DNA of 62,408 nt, counting the filler. It is 3 parts of 3 records of this genome, joined end to end, with 100 filler letters (N's around TTAATTAATTAA, not from the genome) between each part and the next. Parts side by side here need not be neighbours in the genome. Positions count along the whole stretch, not along the records: positions 1 to 28,219 come from SRR20825019_709; 2 more parts are not named here. The stretch is one strand, 5' to 3'. The notes beneath the pieces were generated by a model. The model searched no databases. It had not been told where the DNA came from and was given only the letters and a program-made list of their open reading frames with translations. The position numbers were made by a program, and so were the translations under genes. Each line of letters starts with the position of its first letter. Within the stretch, counting starts at the first letter, position 1. Below, piece after piece: positions 11,900 through 22,827 of this stretch.

Positions 11900-12510
11900 C
11901 TCCCCCCCCCGCCCCCCGGCAGCCAAAAGAAAGGTGATGGTGAGGCTACCTCAGCTTCGTATCGGTGGCCGGACTGAGCCACCAGGATCCCAGTGGCCCG
12001 CAGTTGGCGGCGGCCGACCGCACGCTCGCCTAGGCGGAGCTGCCTGGCGCACTCAGTCCCCCGGCCTTGCCCTACGGCCGGGCGGCGGGGCCCAACCAGG
12101 TTGCGCCCCGCCCACTGGCCGCCCCCCGGGCGCCCCCGCGCGGCCGGCGGCGCCGCGCTCGGCGGGCCCCGGGGCCGGCCGGCCGGGCCGGGGCCGGGCC
12201 GCCGGCCGGGGGCGCCGGCCCAGTCCGCCCAGTCGCCGTCGTGGCGGCCGTCGCCGGCCCCGGCCAGGCCAGAGGGGAGCCAGTCGGTTAGTGAGTACGG
12301 TGAATCACAAAAGTAGGCGTCGCTCTCCCCGCGTTTGGAGTCATTCGGGTCGCGGAAGTCCTCGCGGCGCTCGCGGGCTAGCGGGTAAAATCGTGAGTAT
12401 TGTTGTCAGTCATGAGTCGAGGTGATCAGACATGCTGGCTCGGAACACGAAGTGAGTCGCGGCGGCTGCGCTCGGCTCGTCAGTCATCGTCCCGGCCGAG
12501 GCAACCCATT
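11900..12510. promoter_or_regulatory. GC-rich divergent promoter island
   Basis: Near-pure G/C core 12070-12270, C-tract at 11902-11917, many TGAGT/AGTCA motifs; between divergent KH and RCC1 genes. Confidence 0.55.
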
Positions 12511-12787
12511 CATTGGATCGCCACCACAGTGCCTGGGTCAGTGGTGCTAAGATGGCCCCTCTCCCTAGGCGGGAATGGTGGTGCCATGGGCTCCTTGGGA
12601 GTGAGGCGTCACTGCCGGTGCGCTCTCGTAAACCTGCAAGTTGTTAGGTAGAGGTAATGACTGGTTTGCGAACCGAAGGAAGTCTCGAGCTCTTTGGGGT
12701 TGAATCTTCAGGTGCTCTGCAAGAAGTCATTTCTTCCCCATGTTTGTATGTGTTCCTCACACAAAGTTCTTCCAATTGCCAGTTGTA

Positions 12788-15700
12788 ATGTTTCGCTTTA
12801 TCACAAAGAGCTCGAAGTATCAGGCTCTACCGCGGACCAAAAAGCCCCCGATCAAGGGCCCGGTCGACCCAGATGATTGTCGCTCCAAAAGGCAGCCCTT
12901 GCCTTCGCTTCTGGAAAGTATGCAAGGAAAAGGAATTGTGCAACTCTGCGCAGGCCCTGAATGTTCCATGGTTCTGACAAGTAAGTACTTCAATCCCGAG
13001 TGCTTACTTCTTATTAATTTGTTTTCAGAGAATGGCGAAGTGTTTTCATGGGGATTTGCACAGAATGGTAGACTTGGCCACAATTCTCCGAAGGATGAGC
13101 CTAAACCACGCAAAATTGCGGCCCTTGTTGACAGACACATTACTCATCTTGCCTTGGACTGCCATGCTATGTGCGTTGTGGAGGGTGATGCAGAGAAAAT
13201 ATATGGATGGGGTAGCAACGAGGAGGGACAACTCTTTGACCCAAAGCAGGGAGATATTCCTCTACCTACTAGGCTCACTGCCGTCCCAGAGAACCGAGGA
13301 GCCGAGATTCTTGGTGTTGCTTGTGGATCTTGCCACTCTGTTCTCTTAGTGCGCATAGCTGATGAGCACCAGGTGTTGACCTGGGGCGGAGGCCAGCAAG
13401 GGCAGCTTGGACACGGCAAGGTGAAGGCGCTTTACTTTCCCACCCCTATCGAAAGTATGATCAAATTCCAAGTCATGGAGGTGTCATGTGGAGCCAACCA
13501 CACGGTCATGCTTACTGAGAGCGGCAAGGTCTATACTTGCGGAAGCGGAATATCAGGACAGCTTGGTCACGGGGACAACCGCAGCTGCTCTGTTCCAAGA
13601 ATGGTTAAGGCCCTGGATAGAGTGACAATCGTGAAGATCAAGTCCGGATGGGCACATAACATGGTACTTAGCGAAGACTACGAGGTCTATTCATGGGGAG
13701 TAGGAAATGAAGGACAACTCGGCCATGACGACAATAGACCAAAATACCTTCCCCGTAAGATAGACTATTTTGTCACTGAGAATATATTGGTAACGAAGAT
13801 TGAATGTGGGGCGAGCTTTTCATTGGCAATTTCAGAAGATGGCCAACTTTATTCCTGGGGCCGTGGTAAGAACGGGCAGCTGGGACATGGTGACTATGAA
13901 AATGTATATTGCCCTCGGCTGATAGAGGAAATCAAAACCCGAACAATTGTGGAGTGCAGCGGCGGCTGGACACACAGCATGGCCCTGACTGAAAATGAAG
14001 ACATGTTTGTGTGGGGTTCACTAGGGAAAGGTCAGTTAGGTCACGGAGATGTGGCCTCGGAAGCCCGTGCTCCCGCTCAGGTGCAAGTTCCGAAGAAGAG
14101 ACGGGCCCTCAGCGTGGCTTGTGGGTGGATTCACACCCTTTTGATTACTGAAAGTGACCTTCTATTCGCGATGGGAAGTGGCAGCAACGGCAAGCTTGGT
14201 CGTGGGACTTACCAGAACGAGACGCTGCCATCAATGGTTAACGACCTCGCCGGAAAACCGCTGAGAATGATTGCATGTGGCCCTGGACACTCGGCCGCGC
14301 TAACTACCGAGGGAAGTGTGTACACTTGGGGAACAGGAGAGGATGGCCGCTTGGGCCTCGGGGACAATCAATGGAACCACGTCAGTCCAAGATTGGTAGA
14401 TTCCTTGTATGGAAAGTTTGTAACTGCAATTGCCTGTGGTAACCAGCACTCACTCGCTCTCACCCAAGAAGGGCAAGTGTTCTCCTGGGGAAACGGGTTC
14501 TGGGGTCAGCTCGGGCATGGAGATGTCCAAAACCATTTCAAACCGAAGCGTGTGGAAAGCCTCATGTCCAAGCATATTACGCTCATTGCATGTGGCTTCG
14601 CACACAACCTTGTGGTTGACGACAGGAATGCAGTCTTTACGTGGGGAATGGCCTCGCGCGATAAGCTTTGGCCAGTAGCAAGGAGATGGCCACTGAAGGG
14701 AGACCCCAAGCGATCTATGACTCGTGTCCTCCAAGGCCCTAAAGATCAAATCATGATGATTACTTGTGGGGGTTGCAACAGTGTCTGCTTGACCGAGAAC
14801 GGAGACGTTTACTCTTGGGAACGCGGCACCAGTGGCGACCTTTACAAGATCAACCCCAACGCGTGGAAAAACGAGAGAATTTCGGATATATCAGCCGGGT
14901 TCAATCACACTGCGGCAGTCACGGAGAGTGGGCAGCTGTACACGTGGGGCTGGGGAGAGTTTGGCCAGCTTGGTCATGGCGATGCCCGAAATGTTGCTGA
15001 ACCAACCTTAATCACCTCCATCAAGGGCAAGGCCATTGCCACCGTGTCATGCGGTTTCAGTCATACAGCTGCAATCACTACGAAAGGTGAGCTGTACTCT
15101 TGGGGAAAGGGAGAGATGGGCCAGCTTGGCCGCGCTTTGACCCGAGATAATCAGGTATCTCGTGAAAAGAATTCGGGTAGAGGCCGACTCCTAGCTAAGA
15201 TTCAAAAGGAGGTGCTGCCTGAGAATGATGACAATGTGGACATTGAGGATGTTAAAACCCCCAGAGACTACCGTGTACCCACGTTGGATAGAGGTACACG
15301 GCTAGGCTTCATCAAGCCACCGATGGAGTGGGTCAGACAGGATGTCCCTGAGGAGGTGCACATGTTGCTGATGCCTGTCATTTCAAGCTCCATATGGGAC
15401 TATTTGGGTATTGATGAGACCGGAGAGCTTGCCAAGCTGAAGATGGTCCGTGATGTCAAGTCTCGGATTGATACTGGGAAGGGCACCCATGTGACTATCA
15501 AGAAGGAGCTAACCCGCGAGTCCGGGGTGCTGCCGCAATTGGAACGAGTCACTTCTGCCAAGGTACGCAGACTTCGATCAGTGGAGAATCTCATGGCTTC
15601 TGGCGCTGGAGATGTCCGTAGTGAAGACTCCAAGGTGGAGTTACTGAGGAGGCGTCGCCAGCAAGGCTTGACGGCCCGCCCCATGGCCAAGATGCCACTG

Positions 15701-16105
15701 GCAGATGGCCAACGGCCCAAGTCCGTTCCGGCAAACCTTACGGGAGGAATGTCGCCAGTAGACATGGAACCTTCCATGGTTACGCTATCTCAACCCTCGC
15801 AAATGTCACTTGCTTCATCAGTACCACCTAGGGTTGCCAATTCGGCGTCATTGCTCAGTGAAAAGGGATCCACCTCCTCCTCGGCCCCACCGCTTCCTCT
15901 CTACAACCGAAAAGTCTCCGGGTCCACACAAATGGAATTCAAGCAGCGCAGGAGGTATGCCGAGTTTACCAAGAAGCCACTTTTCGATGCGGGGTCCACA
16001 CCCGAGGAAGAGGAAAACTTCGACCCGGACGAGTACGCATTGGCTGTCGTCCTCGGTATCTTGGAGCGTGCAATCTTGTTTTCCGAAGTGCGCAGAAGGC
16101 CCTAG
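12788..16105 (+). CDS. RCC1-repeat protein (14 blades, two propellers) with disordered C-terminus
   Basis: 14 xxWGxxxxGQLGHG...CGxxHxxxL units; in-frame 48-nt intron 12981-13028 (GTAAGT...TTTTCAG) read through by the ORF track; no HECT or kinase domain seen. Confidence 0.88.
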   Translation: MFRFITKSSKYQALPRTKKPPIKGPVDPDDCRSKRQPLPSLLESMQGKGIVQLCAGPECSMVLTSKYFNPECLLLINLFSENGEVFSWGFAQNGRLGHNSPKDEPKPRKIAALVDRHITHLALDCHAMCVVEGDAEKIYGWGSNEEGQLFDPKQGDIPLPTRLTAVPENRGAEILGVACGSCHSVLLVRIADEHQVLTWGGGQQGQLGHGKVKALYFPTPIESMIKFQVMEVSCGANHTVMLTESGKVYTCGSGISGQLGHGDNRSCSVPRMVKALDRVTIVKIKSGWAHNMVLSEDYEVYSWGVGNEGQLGHDDNRPKYLPRKIDYFVTENILVTKIECGASFSLAISEDGQLYSWGRGKNGQLGHGDYENVYCPRLIEEIKTRTIVECSGGWTHSMALTENEDMFVWGSLGKGQLGHGDVASEARAPAQVQVPKKRRALSVACGWIHTLLITESDLLFAMGSGSNGKLGRGTYQNETLPSMVNDLAGKPLRMIACGPGHSAALTTEGSVYTWGTGEDGRLGLGDNQWNHVSPRLVDSLYGKFVTAIACGNQHSLALTQEGQVFSWGNGFWGQLGHGDVQNHFKPKRVESLMSKHITLIACGFAHNLVVDDRNAVFTWGMASRDKLWPVARRWPLKGDPKRSMTRVLQGPKDQIMMITCGGCNSVCLTENGDVYSWERGTSGDLYKINPNAWKNERISDISAGFNHTAAVTESGQLYTWGWGEFGQLGHGDARNVAEPTLITSIKGKAIATVSCGFSHTAAITTKGELYSWGKGEMGQLGRALTRDNQVSREKNSGRGRLLAKIQKEVLPENDDNVDIEDVKTPRDYRVPTLDRGTRLGFIKPPMEWVRQDVPEEVHMLLMPVISSSIWDYLGIDETGELAKLKMVRDVKSRIDTGKGTHVTIKKELTRESGVLPQLERVTSAKVRRLRSVENLMASGAGDVRSEDSKVELLRRRRQQGLTARPMAKMPLADGQRPKSVPANLTGGMSPVDMEPSMVTLSQPSQMSLASSVPPRVANSASLLSEKGSTSSSAPPLPLYNRKVSGSTQMEFKQRRRYAEFTKKPLFDAGSTPEEEENFDPDEYALAVVLGILERAILFSEVRRRP

Positions 16106-16246
16106 GCTCATTCACAGTCAAGAGTCAAACCTTTCTGCACTATTCGTTGTCGAGGTTGCAATCTTTACTGCCAAGATATTGCGATATGCTATGGCGGTCC
16201 GACTAGGACCATGAGCTTCTGATGTTCCAAACTGGCCATGTCCATT

Positions 16247-18863
16247 TTACGCTGGGAAAAAGTTTTCTAACAAGGCACCCAATTGCTCTTCAAGGCCGGC
16301 TCCTTTTGCTACAAGGCGTTCCTTCGAGCGGGTAAGAGACTTGATCTCCTCTTGTAGGCGTGCTCGCTCGTCCTCGGTGTCGGCCCAATTCTCCGGCGAG
16401 AAGAGGTGCCACTGTTCATGGACAGCCTTATTGAGCTGCCCCTCCATGTACACTTCAGATGAGCTCGTCTGATAAAGCGTTAACTCCACATTCGCCCATT
16501 CTCTGAAACTACATACCTCGAGCCGGTCTGACAGCAGCCTACGCAAAATGGATACATTGTGTTGGAGCCACTCCAACAGTCTCTTCCTATCCGTTTCACA
16601 AACCAAAGCAGAAAGAATCGGCTCGTCAAAGAGGCTGTCGGGCAAAGTGTCCTCTACTTGTGATGGGCCCTCCTCGACTATTCTCTTGGCTGCCTTCACA
16701 CGCGGTGGACTGCCAACTTCCGCTGCTAAAACCTCGCGCAGCTCCTTCTCCTTTTCATTTCTCTCCTGCTGCATTTGTCCAATCTGATTACGAAGCTCAA
16801 CAACAAGCTTCTGTAGCTCCTGTTCCTTCCTGTCAGCAGCAAGGGCTGACGCGGTGTCCATGGCATTCCGAGAGCTTTCAAGATGATCCTTCAGTTCCGC
16901 GATCTCTTTTTCTTTGTCTTCGATTACGGCCCGAAGCTCACCCGCCGTACGCTCAGCATCATCTTCCAACGTCGTCTTGGCCTCCTGGAGGGTCCGCAGG
17001 TCATAATATAGGGATCGCATGGTAGCACGCATGGCCTGCACCTCCTCCTTTTCCTCAGTAGGCACTCGCTGCTCCACAGGCTCGTCATGCTTGACCACAG
17101 TGGCAGGTTGCGGCTGGACAGCATTGGGTGTCGAGCCCTTGACAAGGTCCGTCACTGACTGCAAAAGCCCTTTTCAACACGCAACACCTTATAGGAACAC
17201 TCCTCAATATACTTACCGACTCTGTGTGGGTAAGATATGAGACTAGCATTCCGACTTCGTCTCGATTCTGTTCAAACAGCTGCAGCTCATGAGCATGTCA
17301 TCCTTTCCACCGTCACAGTCTACACTCACCTCTTCAAGCACGTGAATCGCATCATCTACCTTCGTATGACCAGCATTTCCAGCGCCTACCTTGACGTCGG
17401 GAGTCCCACTACCCAGCCCATCCAGCACTCTACCCCCACCTTGGGGTGTATGCTGATCACAAACAGACTTAAGCCTTTCAAGTTCAACAGTTCGGCGATC
17501 TTCTGGCCCTGGGGTCTTGAGATTTCGAGTGGCATCAGATTCGGGATAGAATATTCCTTCGCGTATCTGCTTCAACACCGATATATCCTTGCTGAGTGTA
17601 TCGGCCATGTGGCTAATATTTTGAACAGAGGAGGAAGACACCTCTATCTTCAACCTGCTGTTATTTTCTGCCCGCAGGGCTTCAAGGCTCTCATGAGTAG
17701 AAGCCAGTTCATTCTCCAACTCCCGAACCTTCGACTGCATGCGCGAGGCTAACTGCGCACGGCTATCGCGCTCAGCGGTCATTTGAGCCAAGTCTTCGCC
17801 CGCTGCCAGATGGAGCTTCTTCATCTCTGCCTCCAAATTGACCGCCTTTTGTCTCCAATACCTGGCTTCGTTAAGTTCGGCATGAATCTGGCTTGCTACC
17901 TCCTCAGGACTAGAAATAGGGAGTCAGCCCCTACTGGTGACCACTAAACACCCAAAGTCATTAACACACCTTCGCTCATACCCACGAGTCGCGGATCTTC
18001 CGATCGCACCAGGATCAGTTTGATTACGCGATAGCTGGGGAGTCTCAAATTTAGGCGGACTGCTTATTGCCCGCTCTTGCAACCGAGCACAAACGCGATC
18101 TACAGTGGTTTTCAGCAGGTGCGTTTCAGCTGCAATAACTTCCACAGGATTAAAGCGACAGTTCCAGCTTTTTTCAAGTCTAGTTGGTGTCGAGTTCTCC
18201 TTTTCTCTGCCATTTGCGAGAGTAGAGAGGTCCCCACTAGAGCTCCACTCCGACAGGCCTGTTCTGCTAAGCTGCAGGCGCAGTCCACGTAGCATTTTTG
18301 CTGATTGAGGAAGGAGCTGCTGAATTTGATGTGAGGTCGCCTGTGAAAAGTATTGTAAGCCCCCAACACAAACACCATATAACCATCATTACTTCATCAC
18401 TAGTGTTCCCATTTTCCGCGGACTCTCCCGCTCCCTCCAACTTTTGAGAGAGGAGCCCGGCTATAGCTTCCTTTTCTTCTAGCAGCGTGCTGATTCTCCG
18501 CTCCATGCCGTGAACCTGGTCGTCTGAATAGGCTCCACCCCGGCGTTCTGGTGTTATCGCTGGAAACTGTTTCCCTGTCGAGCACTCTCAGTCTGACGCC
18601 AACCATCAGACTGCGGAAGGCCTACCTGGGCTGACAAAAATGTCGTCAACATTATCCACAACCACCATTGACTGGCGCAAAGGCACTGTGACGTCAGAAA
18701 GCCTAGGGCCATAGTTTTCCAAGTCATTTCTGGACACGCTCGCATGACCACGGCCGCTTGGCTCTGAGGAAACGGGTTGTCTTGCCGCATCAATATCATC
18801 ACCCTCCAAAGAGTCGAAATTTGGCATCCAGCCGACACCGGCCGCTTCATCTTCACTATTCAT
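16247..18863 (-). CDS. Multi-exon coiled-coil protein of unknown function
   Basis: Introns 18575-18625 and 18341-18392 join the ORF fragments in frame (DDIFVSPG-KQFPAITPE...MERRISTLLEEK...MLRGLRLQL); long E/K/L/Q heptad stretches in later exons. Confidence 0.72.
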
Positions 18864-18929
18864 CTTTGTGCAACCTGAGTTTCCTTAGTACATGAGACTA
18901 TCCATATTTGTGCTCTGAAGTCAGGTTCG

Positions 18930-19370
18930 GTTGGCCAGCTGAGAGGGGCGGGGCGCCGGCCCTCAACCGGGGCCGGGCGGGCGCCCCGCGGCCGGCGGCC
19001 GGGCGGCCGGGCCAGGCCGGCCGTGAGCGTGCGGCGGCAGCCGAGGCGGGCCGCGGCGCGCGGGCCGCGGGTGGGGTTGTGTCCGTGGGGCCGGGGCCCG
19101 CCGGCGCCACGCCGACCGGACGCCCGCGCCCGGGACGGCCCGCCGGCGCCTCACGACTGAGGCGGTGCCGTGTCCGGCCGCAGGCGAGGAGCGAAGATGT
19201 TCGAGGTGAGTGCAGCCTGCAACGACCCGGACTTGGCGGCGCTGAGTGTGATGACGCCGGCGCCTTGAATGTTGGGTCGCCGCCTGCCGGCTACCGCCGG
19301 ACCCCACCGGTCCCGTGCCGATCAGTCGGCAAGGGTCCTGACCTGGGGATAAGGCCGCGCCGGCCAGTGT
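18930..19370. promoter_or_regulatory. GC-rich island upstream of coiled-coil gene
   Basis: GGCC/CCGG-dense non-coding tract immediately 5' of ATG 18863 (minus strand). Confidence 0.5.
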
Positions 19371-19818
19371 CTTCGGTGCGAGATAAATATCTTCCTGGGT
19401 TCATTGCCGCACTTCACGCCACATATCCGTTCGGTCATCAGTGACGATGGTTACTCGTATAGTGGATGGGCATGCTGGCCAGGTCCCAGGTGCTCATCGC
19501 ACGAACTTGTTCAGGTAGTTGCAGAGGTCCGAAAACGCTGTCAAGGGCACCTTTTGGAAAGAGAACAAATATTGATACTACGCCGGCAGCAACGTTTCTC
19601 GGGCGCCGCCGAAGATCATCAACCAACCATCGCCCCATAAACCTAAGGCCATGTATACCATCGAAAATCCATCTTTGATACACTCTTTTCAAATGGAAAG
19701 TTTACGCATCACGTTGGCATTAATGGAATGCATCATGACGCAACAGTTTCCAGTTGCGGTTGTAGTCCGTAAGGACATCTGACCTCTATAACACAACAAG
19801 AACGAGATAGGGCCTACT

Positions 19819-20476
19819 CTACGGCCGATATGCCATGAAGGCAGTAAACCTCCTTCTATCTTTGCTCAACTGCAGTGCCCTTGCTTCCCGCAATATAGCC
19901 TCTCTTTCAGGATCCTTGGGAGGTGGTGCATTCTCCAGCCTATTACGAAATTAGGTTCATGTGACAGACATCATTTTGTCCTTACCTTCTTTGCAGCTCT
20001 TCCTCCAGGATCATACTATTTCGTCGTCTTTCTACAAGTTTGTCTAGCAACTGCATTCCAATGAGGTATGGACTATAACGTGCATTTTAGTGCTTACTGA
20101 CTGCTCCGCCTTGATGCGACGAATTTCGGTCGGATCGTTCTTGAAGAACATATCCTTTTCCTTTCGGTAAAGGTCTAAGTCTGTCTGCAACTTTGTACCA
20201 AAGCGACTCTATACCGCATCATAAGGCCACAATCATCGTGAGCTGCAACAGCCCCGTACCTTTGCTGCGGTCCCCTCCTCCCGTGTATCCCATACTGCTG
20301 GAGAGAACTCAGCAGGCAACTTTCCGTCTGCATTCTTTTGAGTTTGATATTGGATTGCGCTAAAGCACGAGTCAGTGTCACAGTGCCAACGAGTTCTTTC
20401 TTGCATGTCACCTTGGCCGTATTGTCTGCCGCTGCAAGACAATACGCTTTAGCTCATCGGGATTAGTCCTCGGCAT
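19819..20476 (-). CDS. Hypothetical 153-aa protein, 5 exons (not assembled by the ORF track)
   Basis: Four GT-AG introns (20360-20411, 20209-20259, 20051-20097, 19940-19985) give a continuous 462-nt frame MPRTNPDELKRIVLQRQ...LEEELQRRLENAPPPKDPEREAILREAR...YRP*. Confidence 0.7.
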
Positions 20477-20639
20477 CTCTCCAAAGGGTGAGATGGTAAG
20501 GTGGCAAGCTATTTATCTTTTGTTGCCTCTTCCAGTGCAACCTAGTTGCAATGCGTGCTCCACCGGTACACTAACAAGAGTGCTACGGCACAGAGTGACG
20601 AAGGGCACAGGTGCTTGCTGTCTGATGGACAATAGGGCT

Positions 20640-21440
20640 TAATTCAGTGGCTGGCCTCCCGATCCGACTGCCAGGGGCGACTGCGACCCCGAGGCCGCTC
20701 CGGGCCGGCCGCGCCAGGGCCGTGTTGGGGTTTCCGGGTGCCCGGCCTTCGGGTGGTGGGGGAGAGGCGGCTGCCAGGGTCCGGCCGGGCTACCCTCGCA
20801 CGGGGTGAGAGCCGACCGGACCTGCGAGACCGGACCGCCGCTGAGTGATGAGTGTTGGCCGGCGGCCGGCTCGGTCGGCGCCCCACAATGCAGGGCGCCG
20901 GCGGGCCGGCTGGCCGCCCGGCCCGGCGGCGGGCTGGGCTGGCCCCCAAGGCCCAGGGCCACTGGCGCCTGCTCACGCCACTGTCACGGCGGTCAGTGGC
21001 GGTTACTCACCGCGGAACCGCTCGTCCGTGCTACAGTACCGTACCGGGGAGGACGGGACCCGCCAACGAATGAATTCAATCTCGCAAATGCTCCGCTGTG
21101 TGCGCGCAGGGTCAGGAAAAAGCGGTTAATCCCTACACAGCTGAGTTGTATGGTTCAGTGTACCACGGCAGTGCCGCCGCCGCCCCGGGAGCATCCATGG
21201 GCGGGGGCCGCGCCGCCGGCTGGAGAGTGCGCGGGCCCCGGGCCCGCCCACGGGGTATTGTGCGCCATGGCCCGCCCCCCGCCCGCCTTTGCCCCGCCTC
21301 CGCGTGGCTCAGTGGGGGTTCTGGGCCGGTTGTTTGGGGGGCGGCCGGCAACAGGACTCCGCGGCTGCGGTCTACGGGGGGCATCCGCTCGGCCGTGGCG
21401 GATCCTTGGGCACAGCAAGCCGGCTGGCTGGCCCGCAGCT
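20640..21440. promoter_or_regulatory. Double GC-rich island between divergent genes
   Basis: Two GC-rich blocks (about 20650-21060 and 21160-21440) separated by an average-GC spacer, one adjacent to each divergent gene. Confidence 0.5.
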
Positions 21441-21624
21441 TTTGTTGCAGTCCTTTCTCATAAGTTCTGGCATCCATTCGGACTATGAAGCTCTTCGAAG
21501 GCGCAAGGGTCTGCCTACCCTAACTTTGGACCGGCAACTAACTTGTCTGGAGTTTGACTATAAGAAAGCAGCTGTCATATAGACGCTCAGCATACTGACC
21601 TATTGAAACCTTTGAGTCGTCACT

Positions 21625-22728
21625 ATGGTCACTCGGTTACGACTTCTTCTTGTTGTCATGCTTCTAGGCTTGAGTCTTCATGCACAGGCCCTTGACTCTT
21701 TCAAGGCATTTGCCTCCAAAAGCTCAGCCACACTAAGGCGGACGGCATCAGAGACTAAGCTCGATACCCTTAAAGATGGAATTGATAGTGCGGTTTCAAG
21801 TAGTCCGTTGCTGTCATCCATGTCAAAGTTAGGGGACAAGGGCATATCATATGGAGATTTGCAGGGCTGCGCGAGAATTACTGACAGTAGTGAACTTGCG
21901 GGCAAATGTAAAAGTGCTTCAGGAGAAGAAGTTGCCTGTGTTTCGGGGAAAAAGTGTTGCAGCACCTTGGGAGATAAGGGGCATGGTTGTGTTTTCTTGA
22001 CATTCTCGGAGGAGCCGGACCAAGTATTCGTAACGGCCGGGGTAGACACGAAGAAATATGGAGTATTCCAGGTTTTGGTTATGCAAAAAACGCCCGAGGA
22101 ATTGCTTGAGACGATTGCCAACATGGTTGAAGAACCCATCTGTGTGCAACCATTGGGACTTTGGGGCGCGGCATTGGCTGGAAGTGGGCGTGTGCTTGAG
22201 GCTACAGGTCTGGTCGAACACAATCGGGTTGGGAAGACCGAGGTTTGCATTCAGTTTATTTACGATCAAAGGACTGCCAATGCGGAAAGGATGGGCACTA
22301 TCACAGCGTTCTTGTCATTGCGAGGTAACTGCTTGGTACCCGATGATGACGCACCGCATCGGCCTTTCCAACAATGCAGGCTTAATTGCAAGTGCTCTCG
22401 CAAGGCCTTCGGAAACCCTTATCCCTACGAATGCAGTGACTGTGAGGATTCGTGGAACTGTGCGAAAACAATCAATACAGCACCCGTGGATGATGGTAGT
22501 ATGTCAGCAAAGCTTCAGAATACCCTTGCTGCCAAGCAATGTGCTGTGTGCAAAGGATGCTCGGGCTGTCGGAAGGGGGCCTGCTCAAGATGCTTGGGGT
22601 GTGAAAACTGTGATCACTGTGAACTAGAAAAGGCGAAGCACGCTGAACTATGCACACTGTTTCAGTGCAGCGGACCGCACCAGTATGACCTTCCCCGTAG
22701 TGTTTTTAAGGCAGCCATTAAGGAATAA
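21625..22728 (+). CDS. Secreted cysteine-rich protein, 367 aa, apparently intronless
   Basis: Signal peptide MVTRLRLLLVVMLLGLSLHAQA; C-terminal CxxC array CAVCKGCSGCRKGACSRCLGCENCDHC. Confidence 0.75.
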   Translation: MVTRLRLLLVVMLLGLSLHAQALDSFKAFASKSSATLRRTASETKLDTLKDGIDSAVSSSPLLSSMSKLGDKGISYGDLQGCARITDSSELAGKCKSASGEEVACVSGKKCCSTLGDKGHGCVFLTFSEEPDQVFVTAGVDTKKYGVFQVLVMQKTPEELLETIANMVEEPICVQPLGLWGAALAGSGRVLEATGLVEHNRVGKTEVCIQFIYDQRTANAERMGTITAFLSLRGNCLVPDDDAPHRPFQQCRLNCKCSRKAFGNPYPYECSDCEDSWNCAKTINTAPVDDGSMSAKLQNTLAAKQCAVCKGCSGCRKGACSRCLGCENCDHCELEKAKHAELCTLFQCSGPHQYDLPRSVFKAAIKE

Positions 22729-22827
22729 ACCAATGGACAGAATACCACTAGAAGCTACTACGCTAATTTACTGTTGCTCTAGCTTGTTATTTGTGGATAC
22801 GTCTTTGCTTCGACGGATGGATATTAT

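Noticed and set aside
11934-12425. Arg/Gly/Pro/Ala-rich ORFs in GC islands (also near 10.3, 18.9, 20.8, 52.4, 54.5 and 61.6 kb)
   Set aside because: Stop codons are rare at this GC content; ORFs occur in all frames without domains
13640-14140. UVR8 photoreceptor call from GWAHN, GWTHS and GWIHT motifs
   Set aside because: The Arg of GWRHT is missing, the motifs are not in three consecutive blades, and the protein has 14 blades
19400-19790. A + strand gene or stop-codon readthrough between the island and the 153-aa gene
   Set aside because: All frames are interrupted and I found no consistent splice model; TAA, TAG and TGA all act as stops in neighbouring genes
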